Source: Methanoregula sp.
GTDB lineage: Archaea; Halobacteriota; Methanomicrobia; Methanomicrobiales; Methanospirillaceae
Length of the DNA: 41,429 bases
Assembly: GCA_013331015.1 (NCBI GenBank)
Contig: DUHF01000167.1
Span: 1 to 41,429 of the forward strand
Direction: 5' to 3'
Positions within the stretch are counted from its first letter, which is position 1, and every line of letters starts with the position of its first letter. The position numbers and the translations under genes were made by a program. This document shows positions 38,586 to 41,429 of the stretch, piece after piece. The notes under the pieces are model-generated. The model was not told the origin of the DNA. It saw nothing but the letters and a program-made list of their open reading frames with translations, and did not search any database.

Positions 38586-39493
38586 AAGCCGCTGATGTAA
38601 AAGCGCAGATCAACGAGCGGATCATAAAAGCGCTCTCCGAAGGAAAAATCCCCTGGTTGAAACCGTGGACCGAAAACGGCCCGCGAAATCTTTTCAGCAG
38701 CAGGGCATACACCGGGCTTAACCGGTTAATTCTCGGGCTCAGTCCCTATCCTCTTCCTTTTTGGGCAACCTACCGGCAGTATCTCGCCGCAGGGTTACAG
38801 GTCCAGAAGGGAGAGCACGGCTACGGGATTATCTACGCAGGGCGGACCGTAAAGACCGAGACGAAGACCGATAAGAACGGCAAGGAAACGGAGAACAAAA
38901 AACAGATCCGGTTTCTGAAAGCCTTCGTTGTCTTCAACGTAGCACAGACCGATTACATAGAGCAGGGGTACAAACTCCCCGATGTGAAGGAGAATCTCCA
39001 CCTGCTCGGATGTGATGCAGTCGTTCACGACTACACAGACCGACACTCAATAAAAATCACGGCAGGAGACCGGGCCGCATTCCTCCCGCAGATGGATATT
39101 ATCACTATCCCGGATATCTGCCAGTTCAGAACCTCGGAGCACTATTACGCCACGATGTTTCATGAATGCGTTCACTCCACCGGGCCACGGCTCGACCGGT
39201 TCAAACGGACCGATCCGGTCTGCTTTGGTTCCGACACCTACGGGCGCGAGGAACTGGTCGCCGAGATCGGGAGCGCTTACCTGGCAGCTCTCACCGGTAT
39301 CGATTCATCGGCGATTGTCCAGAATCAGGCAGCCTATCTCCAGAACTGGGCAACGGCGATCAAGGCAGATGCCGATCTCGTGATGTATGCAGCAGGCCGG
39401 GCAGAAAAGGCAGCGGATTTTATGATCGGGGCTCCGGCCCCGGTCCCTGCCAGCGCCACCGGGACCGATGCGGCGGAAGGGGTGACGGCATGA
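38582..39493 (+). CDS. ardC: ArdC-family anti-restriction protein (ssDNA-binding domain plus zincin-like domain)
   Basis: PWLKPW, YTGLN, WATYRQ, QVQKGE, VFNVAQT, HECVHST and YGREELVAEIGSA motifs. Confidence 0.88.
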   Translation: MKAADVKAQINERIIKALSEGKIPWLKPWTENGPRNLFSSRAYTGLNRLILGLSPYPLPFWATYRQYLAAGLQVQKGEHGYGIIYAGRTVKTETKTDKNGKETENKKQIRFLKAFVVFNVAQTDYIEQGYKLPDVKENLHLLGCDAVVHDYTDRHSIKITAGDRAAFLPQMDIITIPDICQFRTSEHYYATMFHECVHSTGPRLDRFKRTDPVCFGSDTYGREELVAEIGSAYLAALTGIDSSAIVQNQAAYLQNWATAIKADADLVMYAAGRAEKAADFMIGAPAPVPASATGTDAAEGVTA

Positions 39494-39771
39494 ACACTAT
39501 TTTTGATGCTATGCCGGTAAAGGTCCTCGAAGAACTCGAACGCATCGAGATCACGATACACGAGAAGGAGCAGCGGGCTTTTCTGGATCAGGCAGATGCG
39601 CAGGATCTCCGCAGCAGGCACGATGAGATCATCGCTTCATGGAAAGCCCGGGCCGAGCGGGAAGGGCTCGACAACCTTATCGCAGAACGGCAGCGGCAGG
39701 ATATGATCGCATGGGTCTGCGATCCGCTGCCGAGCGGGATCCCCGCAGAGGCACAGGGGCGGGAGCGATGA
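39490..39771 (+). CDS. Small coiled-coil hypothetical protein
   Basis: GGTGA RBS; ATGA overlaps on both sides. Confidence 0.6.
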   Translation: MNTIFDAMPVKVLEELERIEITIHEKEQRAFLDQADAQDLRSRHDEIIASWKARAEREGLDNLIAERQRQDMIAWVCDPLPSGIPAEAQGRER

Positions 39772-40133
39772 TCGCAGCATTGGATCTAAAATCCTCCCTC
39801 TCCCATTTTACCGGGACTTCCCGGTACATCCGCGACCCGTTCACCGGTCTGATGCACACGGACGGGATCGGGCACCTGGCCGACCGTGCGGAGGCACACT
39901 GGCTGCTCTCCGATATCGGCGCAGTCTTCGGGCATCACCCGAAAGTCAAAGAAATGCCGTTCCAGCTGTGGGCGCTCGTTGTCGATGAGGACAGAAAAGC
40001 GATCCTTACCTGCCGGGAAGATTGTGATACACCGGTAATCTACGAGCAAAATTACGAGTACACGGATTTCCCGGTCGGAACCTGGAAGATGTACCTTATC
40101 GATGGCGTGCTTATGCTGCCATCGGAGTACTGA
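39768..40133 (+). CDS. DUF6876-like protein
   Basis: FTGT, TDG...LA....HWL, FQLW, YTDFP and LPSEY pattern recalled for this family. Confidence 0.65.
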   Translation: MIAALDLKSSLSHFTGTSRYIRDPFTGLMHTDGIGHLADRAEAHWLLSDIGAVFGHHPKVKEMPFQLWALVVDEDRKAILTCREDCDTPVIYEQNYEYTDFPVGTWKMYLIDGVLMLPSEY

Positions 40134-40357
40134 GGGGGCAGCATGCTACGCATGAAAGAGATACGGCAGCATAAAAGAAACCGGATAACCATCTGGGGAC
40201 TGTTGAAATATGCGGAATGGTGGCTGCACCGGATGAAGAAAAAAATCCTTTTTCGTTGCGGGTAAACGGTGGCCCGGACAGGGACACCATGACTCCTCAA
40301 GAGCCCTGCCGGGTTGGTCTAATATTCGTAGTCCGGCATTATCTTTTTTGTTCATGC

Positions 40358-40807
40358 TGGCCCACCCAGGCACACAGCGCGACAGGTCGCTGATGCGCCC
40401 TGTAACCGCGCCGTGTAGCCATGACCCGCCCGGAATGCTGCCGTGTGCCTTTCCTGTTGAGCCGCTCTGATCTTCCCTGACCCACCCGATGCTCGCGCGA
40501 CACGGCGAAGGTCGCCGTGTTCCGGCTCGCATCCTCCCACCCGGACCGGGGCCCGGTTCCGGTTGATCGGAAAATGTGATTTGTATCGGTTGTACCCACC
40601 CGACAAAGCGATCGACAGGTCGCTGATTCGCCCTGTAACCGTCGCTTTGTCTCCCGCCAGTACAAGAAGCCCGTCCTCCCATCAGGGAGGCTATCCTGAC
40701 CCGGCCCAGCGGCCCGAGGGAGCGCCGCTTCAGGGCGCGAAGGTAACGAGCCGCATCAGCGGTGAGTCCGAGCCCCTGATGCGTCGCGCGGACGAGTCAC
40801 TGAGCGT
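40358..40807 (-). repeat. Structured repeat R2, right (inverted) copy with a longer central segment
   Basis: Inverted match to 37743-38083. Confidence 0.85.
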
Positions 40808-40827
40808 ACCGCATGAGTACGATCAAC

Positions 40828-41027
40828 AGCGACGAACATTCCGCGTAGCGGTATGTGAGGAGCGGGCGATGGCAGCCGCTGGCGCAGGAGCAGCGCGACA
40901 AGCCAGGGGCGTACTGCATCTCAACCGGAAGCCGATCGGGAAAAAGCAAGGGAGGTGATGTGAAGCGAATCGGAGTGCAGTGAGCGCAAGCGAGCGGAAC
41001 GCAGATGAGTGAACATGACCGACCGAT
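40828..41027 (-). repeat. Partial R1 copy 4 (3' part, inverted)
   Basis: Matches the reverse complement of about 36526-36704. Confidence 0.8.
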
Positions 41028-41257
41028 ATCCGGTCAACCGGACCTGATGGTTCCCGCCCTCGGGGTGGTGGGCGGGACTCCAGGGTGGGCGGTCCGGAAG
41101 ATTATCCCCGTTTAATCCCGCGCATATGTTGCGATCGCGTTAGAACGAAATACGGTCCTCTTTTTTTAAAAAACATTGTCGGAACAAGAAAATGGGTAGG
41201 GAATCCGGGCTCAATTTGAGCCCTAAAAATACATAGTTACTCCCCACAAAATTAGAT

Positions 41258-41274
41258 GGGGTAACTTTCATCAT
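41258..41274 (+). repeat. Putative attR core GGGGTAACTTTCATCAT
   Basis: Exact copy of 3637-3653; preceded by an imperfect inverted arm AGTTACTCCCCA at 41235-41246. Confidence 0.8.
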
Positions 41275-41429
41275 CGCCGCTGGTTAGTGGTCGATAACCA
41301 GCAATTTATTTCTTTTTACCCGGGGATGCGGAGGCAGTGCCATCCTCTCTGTTGGGCAGGGGGGATCCTTTCTCCTTTTTGCTCCGTACACCGGGCCCGG
41401 ATATACAAACGATGTCCAATGCAGTTATT

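Noticed and set aside
40143-40265. 40-aa basic ORF after the DUF6876-like gene
   Set aside because: Too short, with no recognisable motif to support a call.

Overview
Methanogen chromosome, most likely Methanomicrobiales (inferred from methanogenesis marker 12, porG, apgM, SepCysS and GGTGA-type ribosome-binding sites). Four host genes occupy 1-3593. A ~37.6 kb integrated element follows, bounded by the 17-bp direct repeat GGGGTAACTTTCATCAT (3637-3653 and 41258-41274). Its backbone encodes a tyrosine integrase, a TPR protein, a 1024-aa primase-helicase, a DUF4062/HATPase protein, small membrane proteins and an ArdC cassette. Its cargo is a ~21 kb cysteine/sulfur cluster: thiI, DUF1894, DUF1890, a ThrRS-editing homolog, metX, metY, pscS, nadA, a radical SAM gene, cysS, cysK, cysE, pdxS, moaE, moaD, thiF-like, iscU, iscS, larE, thiC, two HTH regulators and three tRNA-Cys genes. 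Most notable observations: (1) a wHTH regulator whose RBS-preceded ATG opens the short peptide MRDRFCCKHKRE and reaches the HTH frame only by a +1 slip at TTT-TGT-TGT, a candidate cysteine-starvation frameshift sensor (a homopolymer error is the alternative); (2) a palindromic TTCACAATTGTGAA operator shared across the cluster; (3) an atypical A37 tRNA-Cys ending G-U-C-C-A directly upstream of cysS; (4) long structured non-coding repeats that define empty and filled cargo slots. All product calls are from motif recognition by eye; no database search was run.
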